Positions 45,926 through 61,750 of a DNA stretch of 64,000 nucleotides are shown here, one piece after another (the first letter of the stretch is position 1; each line of letters begins with the position of its first letter). Below the pieces are notes generated by a model. It ran no database searches. It was not told the origin of the DNA and saw nothing but the letters and a program-made list of their open reading frames with translations. The DNA comes from the human T2T-CHM13v2.0 reference genome, Homo sapiens: assembly GCF_009914755.1 (NCBI RefSeq), contig NC_060940.1, one strand, 5' to 3'. The position numbers were made by a program, and so were the translations under genes.

Positions 45926-46860
45926 TTGCAAATTGGTTTTCCTTCTGGGCTCTGGAACCTTGAATTCCAAGTTTGTAGGTGTGAAATGAATGCATACACT
46001 CCTCAGGTCTCAGCATTTACATTCTGCCCTGGTCAACTGGAAATGCCAGTTTGGCCAGGTATGGAGACAATTCACGTGTATATTGGCACTTAGGCTGAGC
46101 AGTGCCCAGTGGGCTGTAGATAGGCAGAGGCCAAGGGTGCCCATGGACCCAACTTCTCTCAGGCCCTAGCTCATTGTCTGCCATATACTAGATGCTCAAT
46201 GAATGTGAATTCCTTAGGCTATCTCATCAAAAAGAGGCAGTTATGGTGGTTTACTTTCCTTGTGGCCCAGGAAAGTTGTTTTTATTTTTTTAAGTCTCTG
46301 TGACTCAGTTTCCTCATTCATAAAAAGTGGGGTTATTAATAGATCCTACGTCTCAGAGTGATCCTACAAAATAAGACAAGGTGTGCAAAACTTTGGTACA
46401 AATAAACATTAGCTATTTTGATGACATAGGTGGAGACTCTTTGGTCTTGCTCTGACCAGATTCTCTCTGGGAAGGGAGGGTCCCATGGCAATGTCAGGAA
46501 CCCCAAAGATCTTCCGGCTACTGATGAAAGGGAACAACAGTGACCATCACCAAACCATCCACCACAAGTTCTAGGCCTATTATGGAGCTCTCACATGGGT
46601 TTCAGGGTAAGCACACGGGACTCAGGGCCATGTTAGAATAGGCAATGGCTCCCTGACTGTCTGCTTGGTGTGTAGATGTGTTAATGGCTGATGGACCTAG
46701 AATTAACGTTTGCCTGGTCTTTAGTAGAAAACCCCAGGTTTCCTTCTCTGAGCAGTGAATGTGAGTCAGAGGAGGGGCTGATGGGTGATGGGGAGGTGAT
46801 GAGTATAGGGACTGGAGTTTGATCCCAGCACAAGGAAGTTGAGTCTGCCTTTCTTTAGAC

Positions 46861-47062
46861 CAGTGGTTCTCAATGTCGGACGTTTTGCAAGGTCTGGAGG
46901 CATTTTTGGTTGTCACAGTTGGAAAAAGAGATGCTACTGGCATTTAGTGGGTAGAGGCCAGGGATACTGCTAAACATTCTACAATGCTCAGGACAGCCCC
47001 CAGCCCCACAAGCAAAGAATTATCTAGTCAAATGTCCGTAGGGCTTAGGATAAGAAACCCTA
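46861..47062 (+). mobile_element. MER20 hAT-Charlie MITE
   Basis: cagtggttctcaa...tgctactggcatttagtgggtagaggccagggatactgctaaacat; TSD ctttaga(c/t). Confidence 0.85.
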
Positions 47063-47927
47063 CTTTAGATCCAACTTCTGATCAAGCATGAAAAAAATAT
47101 TCTGAGAATAACCCTCTGCCCATTCCATAGGGCCATGTACAGTATACAGAGGTACTCACAGCTGATAGGGACTTCAGGATTGTCATCAATCTCTTCTTGT
47201 TTCTCAGGGGCCAGCCACCAATTTGTTCTGACCATTGCAATGGCCTTTAAGTTTTTAAAAGATCTGTACCTCCCTATTTTTCTGGCCTCATTTCTTAGTC
47301 CTCTTCTCTTCAGAAACCCTATATCTTTAGCCAAATGGGCACAATCTCCCTCACCCCAGGGTATTTTTACTCTCTGTTCCTTCTGCCCTAAATCTGCATG
47401 GATCACTGCCTCACCACCTTAAGATCTTTGCTAAAGTGTTACCTTTCCAGGGAGGCTGTCCCTGGCCATCCTATTTAATACTACAGCCCCATCTCCATCC
47501 ACCCCATGCATTCCCTATCACTCTTGTGTATTTTTCTCCATAGTACTTTTAACCGTAGGAAATACTATATATTTTACTTATTTTTCTTTTGTCTTCTCTC
47601 ACTAGGATGTCAGTTCCAGGAGGGCAAGGATGATCACCTGTTTTGTTCACCACTATATCCTCAGTGCCTACAATATATCTGGGAAATAACCGTATTCAAT
47701 AAATACTGAAGGAATGAAGGTTCCAATGATCAGCACAGTGCAAGAAGATGAATTTAGCACCAGTTTTGGTGTCAAGCTTGGTCTCAAATCCAGTCTTCAC
47801 CACTTACCAGTTGTGTGACCTTGGGCAAATGATCTAACCTTTCTGACACCTACGTGCTTCATATACAAGATGGGGACAAGGTTTTCAAGTGCCGTGCCTG
47901 AAACACAGGTGCTTGATAAATGGCCTT

Positions 47928-48425
47928 TGTTATCATCACCATTGTTGTCATTATCATCACCATAACCATCATCACCAGCACCATCATCACCACTGTCATC
48001 ACCATCACCATAACAATCATCGTCACCAGCACCATCATCACCATTGTCATTATCATCAGCATAGTTAATAATCATTATTACCAGTACCATCATTGCCATT
48101 GTCATCATCACCATCATAACAATTATCACCAGCACCATCATCGCCATTGTCATCATCATCACCATAGTTAATAAGCATGATCACCAGTACCATCATCACC
48201 ATTGTCATCATCATCATAATCGTCATCACCAGCACCATCATCGAAATTGTCATCATCACCATAGTTAATCATCATCATCATTAGCACCATCATCGCCATT
48301 GTCATCATCACCACTATAATTAATAATCATTACCATCACCATCATCACCATTGTCATCATCATCATCATCTTCATCATTATTCCATCCACATTACCGTCT
48401 CCACATCATGCTCACCATCATCATC
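47928..48425. repeat. (CAT/CAC)n-derived minisatellite with about 50/100-bp higher-order period
   Basis: Recurring accag(c/t)accatcat and atagttaat anchors. Confidence 0.9.
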
Positions 48426-51400
48426 TAACCTACTCCTAGGACAGAATCTTGTCACCTCTGCCTTAGGGACAAGTGATAAAGGACCCTAGACAGCTCCTAA
48501 TCTTATCTTGACCTCTCTCCACTAATGGTAGTGAGTCCTTCTCTCCTTGATTCATTCAAGTTAATGTGGATGGAGAAAATTATGGGCCAAAGGAAATCTC
48601 ATTCATTCATCTATTCATTCATTTAACATCTATGGAAGCCTACCATGCTCCAAGCACAATGCTGAATGTTAGGAATCAGGAGATGAATAAGATTTGGCCC
48701 CCAACATCATGCAATGTACACGATGAAAAGCAGTTTTGATACCATATAGCGAATGCTGAGAGAGAGAGGTTAAAAAGAAGGCAGTGGGAGCATAGGAAGG
48801 CCTCCCAGCCAGACTAAGTGGGAGTGAAGGTGGGTACAGCCTACCAATGAGGGGCATAAACTTCACAATCCAGGTGAAGGAGTGTAGGAAGGATACTATG
48901 GAAGCTGCAAGTGCAAAGGCCCAGAGGCTGTAGCTGTGGGCTAGATCAAGCAGAAGACCTTAGCTACTGAATGACCTGATCAGATTTGCATTTTAGAGGA
49001 AGTCTCTCTGGATGCATTGCAGGACAGCATTGGAGAAGGCAGGGAGACCATCTCAGAGGCTGCTGCAGTGGTTCAGGTGAGGAATAATGAGGCCTGAACC
49101 AAGGCAGTGGTGGTGGGATGGGGAGAACAGAGATTGCAAAGGGATTTAGAAAGTGGCATCCACAGGACGTGGTGATGGATTACATGTGAGAGTAGAAGAA
49201 TCAAGAACAACCTTGAGGTTTCTGACTTTGATACTGAGTGGATGGTGGTACTTTCAGTGAAGGCAGGACATAAGGAGCAGCAGATTGTTGGGACCAAATC
49301 AAAGATGCTGAGGTCTGTCGTGGACATGTGGCAATGTCCACATGTGGACAATGTGGGACTGCAAAGAACATTGAGAGGAAAGCTCCCCCAACCACTGGCT
49401 CTTGGCCTGGAGTTCTCAGAGAGAAGAGAAAGCTGGTCACCCATTAAGGATCTGAGACTGGGGTGGTCCCTGGGGGCAGTGTCTGAAAATAATCTCTTTT
49501 GCAAAGAGCCCATTTACCCTTGAAGAAAGCTTTCATAGTGCTTTCCCCAAGTGATTTGTTTTTCCAAAGGCCACTTTAGAAGGCCGGCTAGTTTTTTTAA
49601 GAACTCATTTTGAATTTAATTATGTATTGGCAGGAATCAAAGATGCAAATGTAATGAGATTAATTGAGTGTCCCTTTTAGATAAGAAAATTTCTGCTGTT
49701 GTTGAGTTCACTGCTTTGAAATACCTGCTAGTGGAAAGGCTTTAGGTTTAAAGTATGCATGTTGGTTGTGTCGAATGCAATTCAAGAATGTGAAATTGAT
49801 TGGTTCCCTCTGTAGCCTCAGATTTAGTGTCAGTTCTTAAGTCATAAGAATTAAAGAACCATGAACTCACCCTTCTGCCCTGGTTAAAACAGAGCAGAGC
49901 CTTCTATTCTCATGTGGACTGGACAGGTTTCCCAGCCTTATCCATCCACTGCACCATTTTTGGAAGGGGAATGTGTTGAGGTGTGTTATGTGTTTGTGTA
50001 AATGTATGGCTCTAAGCCTTTTAACACCTCCATTGAGGGTCTCAGATTAGAAATTAGGGCTGCAGCAAAAGAGATGGTTTGGATGTTTTATCTATGTAAA
50101 CCATTAGTTTACCAATTCCACAGCAAGTGGAGTGAGACTGCAAGTTTCTCTGCTCCTCCCTGTAAAAGTCACCATGAAATAGATGCACAAGTGCTGGCCT
50201 GAATTCTAGTGTGGATGAGGGATGTGCAGAACTAGCTGGAGGAGTCTTTCAGCAAAGTGGAAATGCCTGCCGTGCTCACAGGCTCATGTAAAGAAAATGG
50301 CCTAGGCTGGATTTCTCTTACAAGGTATTGCTCGAAGGGCTTTGAAGTAAAATCAAGCTGGCATCCTGAAGAACAGCCTGAGTTAGAGGGAGGTCACAAG
50401 CTTGGAACTACATTGATGAAACTTCAAGCAACACGCATGTTCAATATTGGATGGAGGCAAAAATGACCCAATTGGACATTCCTTGTGGGAACTATAAATG
50501 TTAACGGTAGAAAAAGAAGGTGATTCATGCTTCTATGAAGTGGCAGCATAACCTAGCAGGGGAGGCACCAGGACTCAGGGGGGCTGAGTTGTTGATGCTC
50601 CCATATCCCCAAATTTCCTCATTTAAGTGGCACCACTCACAGAGTATACCTCAAATGAGAAGGACAAGGATTGAGGAAGGAGCTTTGGAAGACCGAATTT
50701 CTGGCAGGGGACATAGACTCAAATGTCATGGGGGTAAAGCAGAGAGTGTGACAGTGTGAGGTTGGCTGGATAGGAATATGGCAAATTGATAAGCATGTTC
50801 TCTGACCACAAGGAAAAATCACAACTCAGCTTCAGCCAATTGTCACCTTGCAGGACTGTGGGCCAGAGCTTCCAGGTCTTCTGATTTTTTGAAGAGCTGA
50901 TGCACATTCAGTTTTAACTGTGACATGTTTCATTTCTTTTAAACACTGCATGGGCCAGCTGCCAGCTCATGGGCTCAGTTCCTGGGCTTCCTGTTATATC
51001 CTTAGTTTCAATGTTATGGGAAAGAGGAGGAGTCATAGAAAAGAACTGTGAAAAAGGAGCCAGAGAGATACACAGGAACCAGAAGAGACTGAGTTCACTG
51101 AAACCAGGCACTAGGGGGTCTTGGCATGAATATGCAAAGAAGGTCAAGGAAGGTGAGGGCTGTCCAGTGTCCACGGGATTTGAGAAACAGCTGTCCCTTG
51201 AAAGTTAGCCTGAGCCAAGGCAATCTCTTGGAGAAAATAGTTTTTGACATTCCTACCCAGAAGAGAACTCTTTCTGGTGGTTCACTGTCTGAAAGAGCTT
51301 ATTCCACCAGGCTGCCTCTCAGCCTGCCCAGCTTTGAGTTGTTTCTGAACAAAGGTCATTTCAAGGCTTTTATAGCAAAAAGCAGGTGCAATGTGACTAA

Positions 51401-52597
51401 AGGAAGGCAATATTGTGGGTTCCCCAGGCCTGGTTTCTTTTTCCTCTTGGTGTATACAGCCATACTACATTTCCCAGCCTCTCTTACAGATAAGCACGGC
51501 TATAGGGCAGTGATCAGGCCAATGGAATGTGGGTAGAAATGATGTACACCAGTGCTTCTCACACTTTAATGTATGTGAATCACTTGAGAATCTTGTTAAA
51601 ATGCAGATTCCGATTCAGTGCTTCTAGGATGAAACCTGGGAGTCTGCATTTCTATGAGCTCCTGAGTGAAGCTGACATTGCTGGCTTATGGCCTACACAT
51701 TGAGTAGCACAGATGGGCATCATTTCCAGGCCTAGCCTGACCCAGAGGCACATCCTCGTCTCCCTCCCACCTTGCTGGCTGGAGGCAGAGGTTTCTGTGG
51801 AGTACTCTAGGCCCTAAGGGGTGGCTGAGGTCCTAGGTAGAAGGAGACTGGTTGCCTGAATGATTGTATGGAGCAGAGCTTCTCTGCAGACCCACCTGGG
51901 ACTAAGATGATATGGACCCTTATGAACCTAGATTTGGTGATTGTTATAGCAGTTAGCTTTCCCAGTAAACACAGTGATCTTTAAGATAACTAGTCAAAAT
52001 TAGAGCAAAGAAGAAGTTTGAGTATTAAAGTGGGTAATACATATATAATTTATTTCTTTAAGGGATTTCATTGATCTCGTATTAATTGACCCCATGATAT
52101 GTAAAGAACTAATAAGATGCTTGACACATTTAAGTTAGCCTATAACCTTGGATCTTATGGCAAATACTGAGAATCAGCCATTTATAACCTCCTTTTGTTT
52201 TGCTTTCTCAACTAAAGAGGTTGGAAACCTAAAACATTCACCATTCCAGACTTCTCAGTTAGAAACATCCATGGGCCTAAGTTCTAGCCAATAAGATGTT
52301 ACCAAAGTGATTGGGTGCAGCTCTGGGAAAGTTTGATTTTTTTAAAGGGACATAGGTGGCTGACGTATTTTATCCCTTTGTTGTTTGCCCATCCCTTTTT
52401 ATTTCTAGCTGGAACGTGCAGTGCAATGCAAGAAGCATAGCAGCCATCTTGTGACCATCAGTTTTAATGTGTCAAGGATGAGGGAGTCAGAAAATAGAAG
52501 AAGCCTTGTCCCTGACACTGTGGAGTTGCTATGTCAGGCATTGACTTCCTGTCCCACCTCACACAGTGTGTGAGATCAACTCTTGGAGTAAGCCACC

Positions 52598-53007
52598 TGC
52601 TATAGTTTGGTTAGTTCGACTTTCTTTAAATGTCATGTTGAAATTTGTTCCCCAGTGTTAGAGTGGGGCCTAATAGGAGGTGTTTGGGTCATAGAGGTGG
52701 ATCCCTCATGAATGTTTTGATGCTGTCACCAAGGTAACGAGTGAGTTCTCACTCTATTAGTTTCTGCAAGAGCTGGTTGTTGAAAAGAGCCTGGCAGCCG
52801 CTGCTCCTCTCTCTTGTTCCCCTCTCACACATGATTGCTGCACACACCAGCTCCCCCTTCACCTTCCACCATGAGTAGAAGCAGCTCGAACCTTTCATCA
52901 GATGCCCAACTTCCAACCAGCAGAGTTGTGAACCAAATAAAGCTTTATTGTTTATAAATTACCCAGCCTCAGGTATTCCTTTGTAGCAACACAAACAGAC
53001 AAAGACA
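52598..53007 (+). mobile_element. MST-type MaLR solo LTR nested in an MLT1
   Basis: tgctatagtttgg...tataaattacccagcctcaggtattcctttgtagcaacacaaacagacaaagaca; TSD (c/t)cacc. Confidence 0.85.
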
Positions 53008-54129
53008 TCACCATTAGCAGATTCTTAATTACTTGTAGTTGAACTCTGTCTTAACTGACACAGGGTTGATGAACTGCATTTGCCTCAGTGCCACAGGGTA
53101 AGGGAGAATGGGAACTCATGTTTATTGAGCAACTTCCACATGTCAGGTGATAACCTCTCAGTTAATCCCTATAATGACTATACCACTTTCAATATTCTCG
53201 CTTTACAGGTGAAAGTGAGACAACAAGAAACTCACCCAAGGCCACATATCCAGTTTATGGAAGAACTCGGCTTTACACTCAGTCTTGCCTGGATCCCAAT
53301 ATATGTTACACCAAACCTTGATGTTGCATAAGAACCAAGATGCATGAATGATTCAGGTTAAGAGAGATTCTTTAGAACTTACTAATGCTTGGCATGAGGT
53401 CTTTGATTAAATATTGATATCAACAACCATAAATTTCAACGACTTCTACTAACTCTTTGGCTTTGATTATCTATCACTGGGCATTACGTGGAAGCCCAAC
53501 AGATGCTGTCTCTCACTTCAAGGCAAACTTCAAGCTTCCAGATGCATTTGCATTGGCCTGGGAATCCCTCGTGCACTCAAAGACATGAGGGAGCAGGAAC
53601 CAAGCCAGAGAACGTCACTCAGCTGCTGCAGTTGAAAGAATCACTTCTGAGGACAAGTTCAAACCATTACTTCTCCACTTCAGAGCACCCAAAGTATACA
53701 GTTTAGACTATTTTAATTGCATGACTTTATCACACTTTGTTTTAAAGGGTTTCTCATGCCTTGTGACATTCCTGGCTTAAACTGTAAAGTCCTTGAGAGC
53801 AGAAACCAAGACACTCATAGAGCCCACCCATTGCCTGGCATTGAGCTGCATAAGTGTGGGGTGAATAAGAACCCAATGGTGATAGCTTCTGCCTGTGGAA
53901 GTGCCCCCTGTGACAGGGGACTGCATATCTGAGCCCACTTTCATCACCACAACAACCTGCAAGGGAGGAATTATTAACCTTGTTGTACAGGTGAGAAAAC
54001 TGGCGAGGATGATGATAGTGGAAGCCAACATCTTCTTAAGTTCTTATTACGCATCAGTCACTGTGCTAAGCACATTATTTCACTTAATCCCCACAATAAC
54101 CCTAGGAGTTATAAATTTTATGTATGTAC

Positions 54130-54441
54130 ATATTTATTTATTTATTTATTTTGAGACAGGTTCTCGCTCTGTCAGCCAGGCTGGAGTGCAGTGGCATGAT
54201 CACGGATCGCTGCAGTCTTGACCTCCTGGGCTCAAGCGATTCTCCCACCTCAGCCTCCCAAGTAGCTAGGATTACAGGTGTGTGCTACCATTCCTAGCCA
54301 ACTTTTGTATTTTTCTTTTTGGTAAAGATGGGGTTCTGCCATGTTGCTCAGGCTGGTTCTTGAACACTTGAGTTCAAGAGAGCTTCCCACCTCGGCCTCC
54401 CAAAGTGCCGGGGTTACAGGCATGAGCTACCATGCCCGGCC
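54130..54441 (-). mobile_element. AluJ-type
   Basis: Reverse dimer. Confidence 0.92.
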
Positions 54442-55338
54442 TATAAATGTTATTAAATTCCCCATTTTACAGTCAAGTAAACAGAAGTTCAGAATGCTCA
54501 AGATCACCAGCCCAAGGCCACCAGTCCAGTAAGTGGCAGAACTCAGCCTTTGAACGTAGGACTGTGAACCCCTGAAGCTGACCTCATCACACTACATTGC
54601 ACTGGTTGGACTAGAAATAAAAGGGAGTCTGTAAATGGTTCTGGTCAGAGGGCAGCACACAGAGAAGGGAGAAAGGGCTGTCTCAGAACAACAGCCGCGA
54701 GGAGGAGCATAGGGGAGTGTGGGTGGAGGGGCAGCTTGGGAAGCAGGTGAAAACCAAGAAGGGAAAGGCACCCTGCCTCCCCTGCCCTGCTCTTCCCTGG
54801 AACCTTAGGCTCTGCCTAGCCTCTGGGAACCTGGTGCTGGTCAGGCACGTCCTGGAAGCAGGCCTTAGGGACTGACACGGAGCCAGCAATTTTCCAGGAG
54901 TGGCTCTGAACACAGGATTCCAAATCCAGTGTTCACACCTGCGGTCTAATTCTCCAAATCCTACCATACAGAACATGGGACAACATGGGGTCTGTGGTCG
55001 CCACTTGTGCTGTGTGACCTTGGGCAAATTGCTGATCCTTTCTGAGTTTCTGTTTCCTCAACTATCAAATAGGGAGATGACTAGTACCCATCACACGGGG
55101 TTGTGAGGATCAAATGATGTCACATTTAATGAAGCACTTAGGACAGTGCCAGGCACACCATGAATGCTCACTATGGGGAAGTTGTTATGAAAATCCCTTA
55201 CATTCTGTCCCAGGGCATGGCTTGGTCCCAATGCCTCAGGAAGAAGCAGCCTGCTCTGTCCCCCAAAATGTCTGCTGATGCAAAATGTCCAAAGAACAAA
55301 AGTGGCCATGCAAATCTGACAGCAAGAGTGATGGTCTC

Positions 55339-55644
55339 GGCTGGGCACAGTGGTTCACGCCTGTAATCCCAGCAGTTTAGGAGGCTGAGGTGGGCAGATC
55401 ATTTGAGGTCAGGAGTTCGCGACCAGCCTGGCCTACGTGGTGAAACCCTGTCTCTACTAAAAATACAAAAATTACAAAAGTTAGCTGGGTGTGGTGGCGG
55501 GTACCTGCGATCCCATCTACTCAGATGTATGAGGCATGAGAATCGCGTGAACACAGGAGGTGGAGGTTGCAGTGAGCTGGGATTATGCCACTGCACTCCA
55601 GCCTGGGAGACAGAGCAAGGCCCTGTCTCAAAACAAACAAAAAA
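55339..55644 (+). mobile_element. Alu
   Basis: Dimer; TSD-like agtga(t/c)ggtct. Confidence 0.93.
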
Positions 55645-56097
55645 GTGACGGTCTAAAAACTGTCTCCAGAGCTTGCCCCAGGCTGCCATCATTTATTTCT
55701 CTCTAGATGTGTTCCAGGAACTTATCACATCTCATTTAATCTTCACTATAATCCAGTGTGTCATTAGGTTCACACCCATTTTACAGAGGAGAAAGACTGA
55801 GGCTCGGAATAATACAGACACCTCGGGTTAAAGCCTGGCTCCTCTTCAGTGGGACAGAGGAGCCACATACAAATCCAAGACTACAGGGATGGCATAATAT
55901 ATTGCAATTTGCTTAACCTCCCTGGAGTATTCTCATCTGGAGATTGGAGATGATGCTGTCTATATATATTAAATGTCTGTTTTAAATAATATGTGTTCTT
56001 ATGTGTTTAGCAATATATAAAACTCTTCTGGTCCCCACACACAAGGAGGCAGGCCTCATCCCATCTATCATCCATCACCCAGGATGGGGGCACTCAC

Positions 56098-56299
56098 GGA
56101 AAAGCACCATGAGGAAGCGGGTCTGGTTCAGCATCTGGGTCAGGCCAGCGGGCGTTAGCACTAGGAGACTGCGTTCCTCCAGGATGTGCACAGGCTTGGT
56201 TATGTGGATGCTGGAAACACCGGCGTTAACCTCTGGTGAGCTGTGGACAGCAGAGACACAAGCGGCCACCAGCAGCAGGGGCATCCAGAGTAGGTCCAT
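56098..56299 (-). CDS. PDILT: PDILT exon 2 coding part (start codon, signal peptide); exon starts at 56306
   Basis: ctgcag|gacagccATGG strong Kozak, donor TCC|gtgagt, 202 nt; [20 protein letters not shown]... Confidence 0.96.
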
Positions 56300-57007
56300 G
56301 GCTGTCCTGCAGGGGCCGGAGAAGGAACAGAGACCTTATCAACACAGGTGGTGGAGCCCCACGTCATCACCCCCACTTCCTTGTCCAGCTGGTCCATGTA
56401 GGGTGAATGTGGCCTGAGCATTGCCTCCCAGCAATGCCTGCAGCTTGGCAGCAGCCCTGGAGAAGAAGCAAAGTATTAGGTCGACCTCAGGCCCAGTAGT
56501 GACTGTATGGGGAAAGCTTAAAGCAGCAAGAACCCACTGGGAGCAGCTGGATGCTGAAGCAAACGCAGACCACTCAAGCCCACTGACTTCCCAGCCACGA
56601 GGTGAGACTTGTGCAAAGATAAGGTCCCATTTCAGAGTCCTAGGGTGAGCCTCTGGATCTCAGAGATAACTGGTTCAATCCCCCATCACAGCCCCCCAGG
56701 AATCCCCCTGCCTACAATGCCCCCACTTCACCCTCCTCCAGCTCCTGCTTGAATGCCCCTGTGAAGGGAAGCTCACTACCTGCAGTGTACCCTGTTTAAT
56801 TTTTGAACAAATTTTATCAAGTGTAAATATTTAAAAAGTCATAACTATAATACACACTTGTAAAAGTTTCAAGCAATACAATACAAATGTCAAGAAGGAA
56901 GTAAAAATCTCTCCCATTCTCTCACTGCTGAGAAAGTGACTCTTAGAGAAGTATGGAATGAATCCTTACAGATATTGAAAATATCTATGTAAACATACCT
57001 TTGAATA

Positions 57008-57011
57008 TATC

Positions 57012-57060
<49 letters not shown>

Positions 57061-57378
57061 ATATATATATATTTTTTTTTTGAGACGGAGTTTTGCTCTT
57101 GTCACCCAGGCTGGGGTGCAGTGGCACGGTCTCACCTCACTGCGACCTCTGCATCCTGGGTTCCAGAGGCTCACCCTAGTGATCCTCCCACCTCAGCCTC
57201 CCAAGTAGTTGAGATTACAGATGCCCACCACCACACCTGGCTAATTTTTGTATTTTTAGTAGAGATGGGGTTCCACCATGTTGGCCAGGCTGGTCTCGAA
57301 CTCCTGACCTCAAGTGATCTGCCTGCCTCAGCCTCCTAAAGTGCTGGGATTACAGGCATTATCCACTGCACCCAGCCT
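57008..57378 (-). mobile_element. Alu with (TCTA)n(TA)n tail and a short internal insertion
   Basis: STR 57008-57072; reverse Alu 57073-57378. Confidence 0.93.
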
Positions 57379-59254
57379 GAATGTATATTTTTAAATATAA
57401 ATGGAATCAGATGATACTTTTTTTTTTTTTTTTTTTGCAGCTTGGTTAGCTCTTTTTAACCCTGGATACACATGAAAATCCTCTGGGGAGCTTTTAGGAG
57501 AATACTGACACTCAATCTCACTCCAGACCAATTAATTCAGAATTGCTCAGGATGGGGTCTGGATACCTACACGTTTCAAAAGCTCCCCAGATGATTCTTT
57601 TGTTTTATTTCAACTTCTATTTGGGAAATTTTGAATATGTACAAAAATAGAGAGATGGTACAAGGTACCCCCAAGGTACCCATCACTCAACTTCACTTAT
57701 TGTCATGACCAATGTTATTTTATTTATATTCTTGACTCCCTGCCTTGGATTATTTTGAATCCATTCTGGGAATCATGTCATTTCACCCATAAATATTTTA
57801 TTATAAATATTTAAAAGGTAAGGATTTTTCAAAACAACACAATAACCACAATACTATGATCATACTTAATGAAATGCACAATAATGTCATCATATCATCA
57901 AATATCTAGACAGTGTGCGAATTACCCTGATGGCCTCATAAATTTTAAGTCTGTTTAAATCAGGACTCAAATGAAATCCATGAATTGTCATTGCTTGTTT
58001 TGTCTCCTGAGCCTCTCCCAGGTAAATCTATCATTCAGTTTGTAGCTTGAGAAGCACATGGTCAAATGAAACCAACAAAGGGCAAGTGGAGAAAAGGAAG
58101 AAGGGCAAGTGGATAACCTGGTTTTCTGGACAGCTAAATGATACAGACCATTTAAATCTGTGTCTCAGCCAAAGGGCTCATTACTGTCAGCCCAGCCTTG
58201 AGTCCTTGATGATCTCAAGGTCCCAGAATTCACCAGGTGTCATGCCACTTATCAGCCCGGACTAAGTCTGGTACAGCATGATGACTATTAGGTAGAACCC
58301 TTGTTCTTAGAAATAATTTACTTCCTTGTTTATTTGTTCTTTGATTCACTTACTTGTGAGAGAAACGGCTGCCTAAGAATTCTTTGCCCAGCTGGAGACA
58401 TCAAAGTACTAGAGAGTTAGTTTTTATTCTACAGAAAGTCACTTGAATAACCCCTCCTTTGTGACATAAACGTAAGGTAGGGAGGGTCACCCAGAACCGT
58501 CCTAGGCCTGACAGTCCCTTCAAACCTTCCAAACCTCCTCGGTGCCCAGAATCCCTTGCCTGGCAGGAAAGGGCCAGATCTGCAAAAGCCTCAAGGGGCC
58601 TTCAGAGAAGAAACCTTGAAATTCAAGATTGTGAGACCCTCTCTGAGGGGTGTGGATGGCACTTGCTGGAGGACAGAGGACACTGGGCCAGTGACCCTGA
58701 GTCAGCTGGACACCTTCAGGGTACAGAGCTGAACCATGGGCCCAGCTCAGCCACCGTGGAGGGCTGAGCCTCTGAGCAAAAGCCAGGCGGGAGGAGCTAC
58801 AGTGGGCTCCCTCTCATGTCCTCGCCTCCCAGGCCTTTGGCAGAGTGTTCGCCCTGAGTTCCTGATCAAGGAAGGGGCAGTGGGAGGTGTCAGGTTTCCT
58901 GCTAACCTGGGCAGGCTGGATCATAAGCCTCAAATGTTTCCAGTGATTCATGTCCAACAGGACGGAGATCAAGCCCCACTGGCTAGTGAGCAGAGCCCTC
59001 CACAGTCGGTCAGACTCTGGCCACCAGGCTTCCCTTTGGCTCCACGGAGCCAGCCACAGCTCCTCTTTACTCACTTGCTCACTCATTCATTCATCAAATA
59101 TTTTTGAAGTCTTAAAACATGTTAAGTACCATTCTAGGTGCTAGGGATACAAACAATATTCCTTACATCTTAGTAGTGGGAAATGCAGTGAGATAAATAG
59201 ATGCAATCAATGGTGTGTCAGATGATGGTAATGCAAAGGAGAAAAGGTGGATAA

Positions 59255-59614
<360 letters not shown>

Positions 59615-59815
59615 TAAAATAGGGTGACCGTGGGAAAGCTTCATTTAGAAGTTGACATTTGACTAAGGGAAGCAAAGAAGTGAACTACTGTATTTGCATT
59701 TCTGGGAGTGTGGGAGAAATAGTCTCTCTCTGCCCTGCTGCTGTTTTTTCTCCCAATCTCTCCCACAATACCTGGCTCAGCTCTGCAGCATCCCAGGGCT
59801 CCCCTGAGACTGTAG

Positions 59816-61172
<1,357 letters not shown>

Positions 61173-61503
61173 TGAATGAATGGCCTAATTTAACTCTTAC
61201 AGCAAACCCCATTGGTTCATTTCAGTGGTTCTCAACCATGACTATGCTGAGAATCTCTTGGAGAGTTTAATAAAAAATACTGATGTTCAAACCCAAACCC
61301 AGTAGGTTCTAATTTAATTGATCTGGGGTTGGGTGAGTCTGGGCATTATTATTATTTTTTAAAATCCTCAAGTTGATCCTAATGTGTAGCCATCTATACA
61401 CCAAAACTGACACTTAAAACTTAAACTGGTGACTCCTGGTAGAGAAAAGCCTCCCAAGGCAGGGCCCATCAGTCAGATTTCCCATTTTCACTGAAGCTCA
61501 TAC

Positions 61504-61750
61504 CTGCAGGAAGCCAAGGCCACTCCCAGGGTTCCTGGGGCCAAGGTGGGGCTGTGCTGGGGGTGGGGCCACAAACTCTGTGGCCCTTAAGAAGGAAGGT
61601 TGTAGCCTGAAGAGGAGGCTCCTGGCTTCTCCTTGTGATCAGGGCAGGACCCGCAGACGACTGGGCATTCTAAAGAATCCACAGGCAGAAATGAAGTCCC
61701 TTCCTGGGCACACAGAGGCCACAGCAGCCTCAGCAGCAAAGTTCTGAGTT
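61504..61750 (-). other. PDILT: PDILT non-coding exon 1 (5' end approximate)
   Basis: Donor CAG|gtatga at 61504/61503 in unique GC-richer sequence; exon 2 has only 7 nt of UTR so an upstream exon is needed; fits recalled gene span. Confidence 0.7.

Noticed and set aside
47797-48262. His/Met/Asp-rich ORFs
   Set aside because: Reading frames of the (CAT)n-derived repeat; no splice or promoter support
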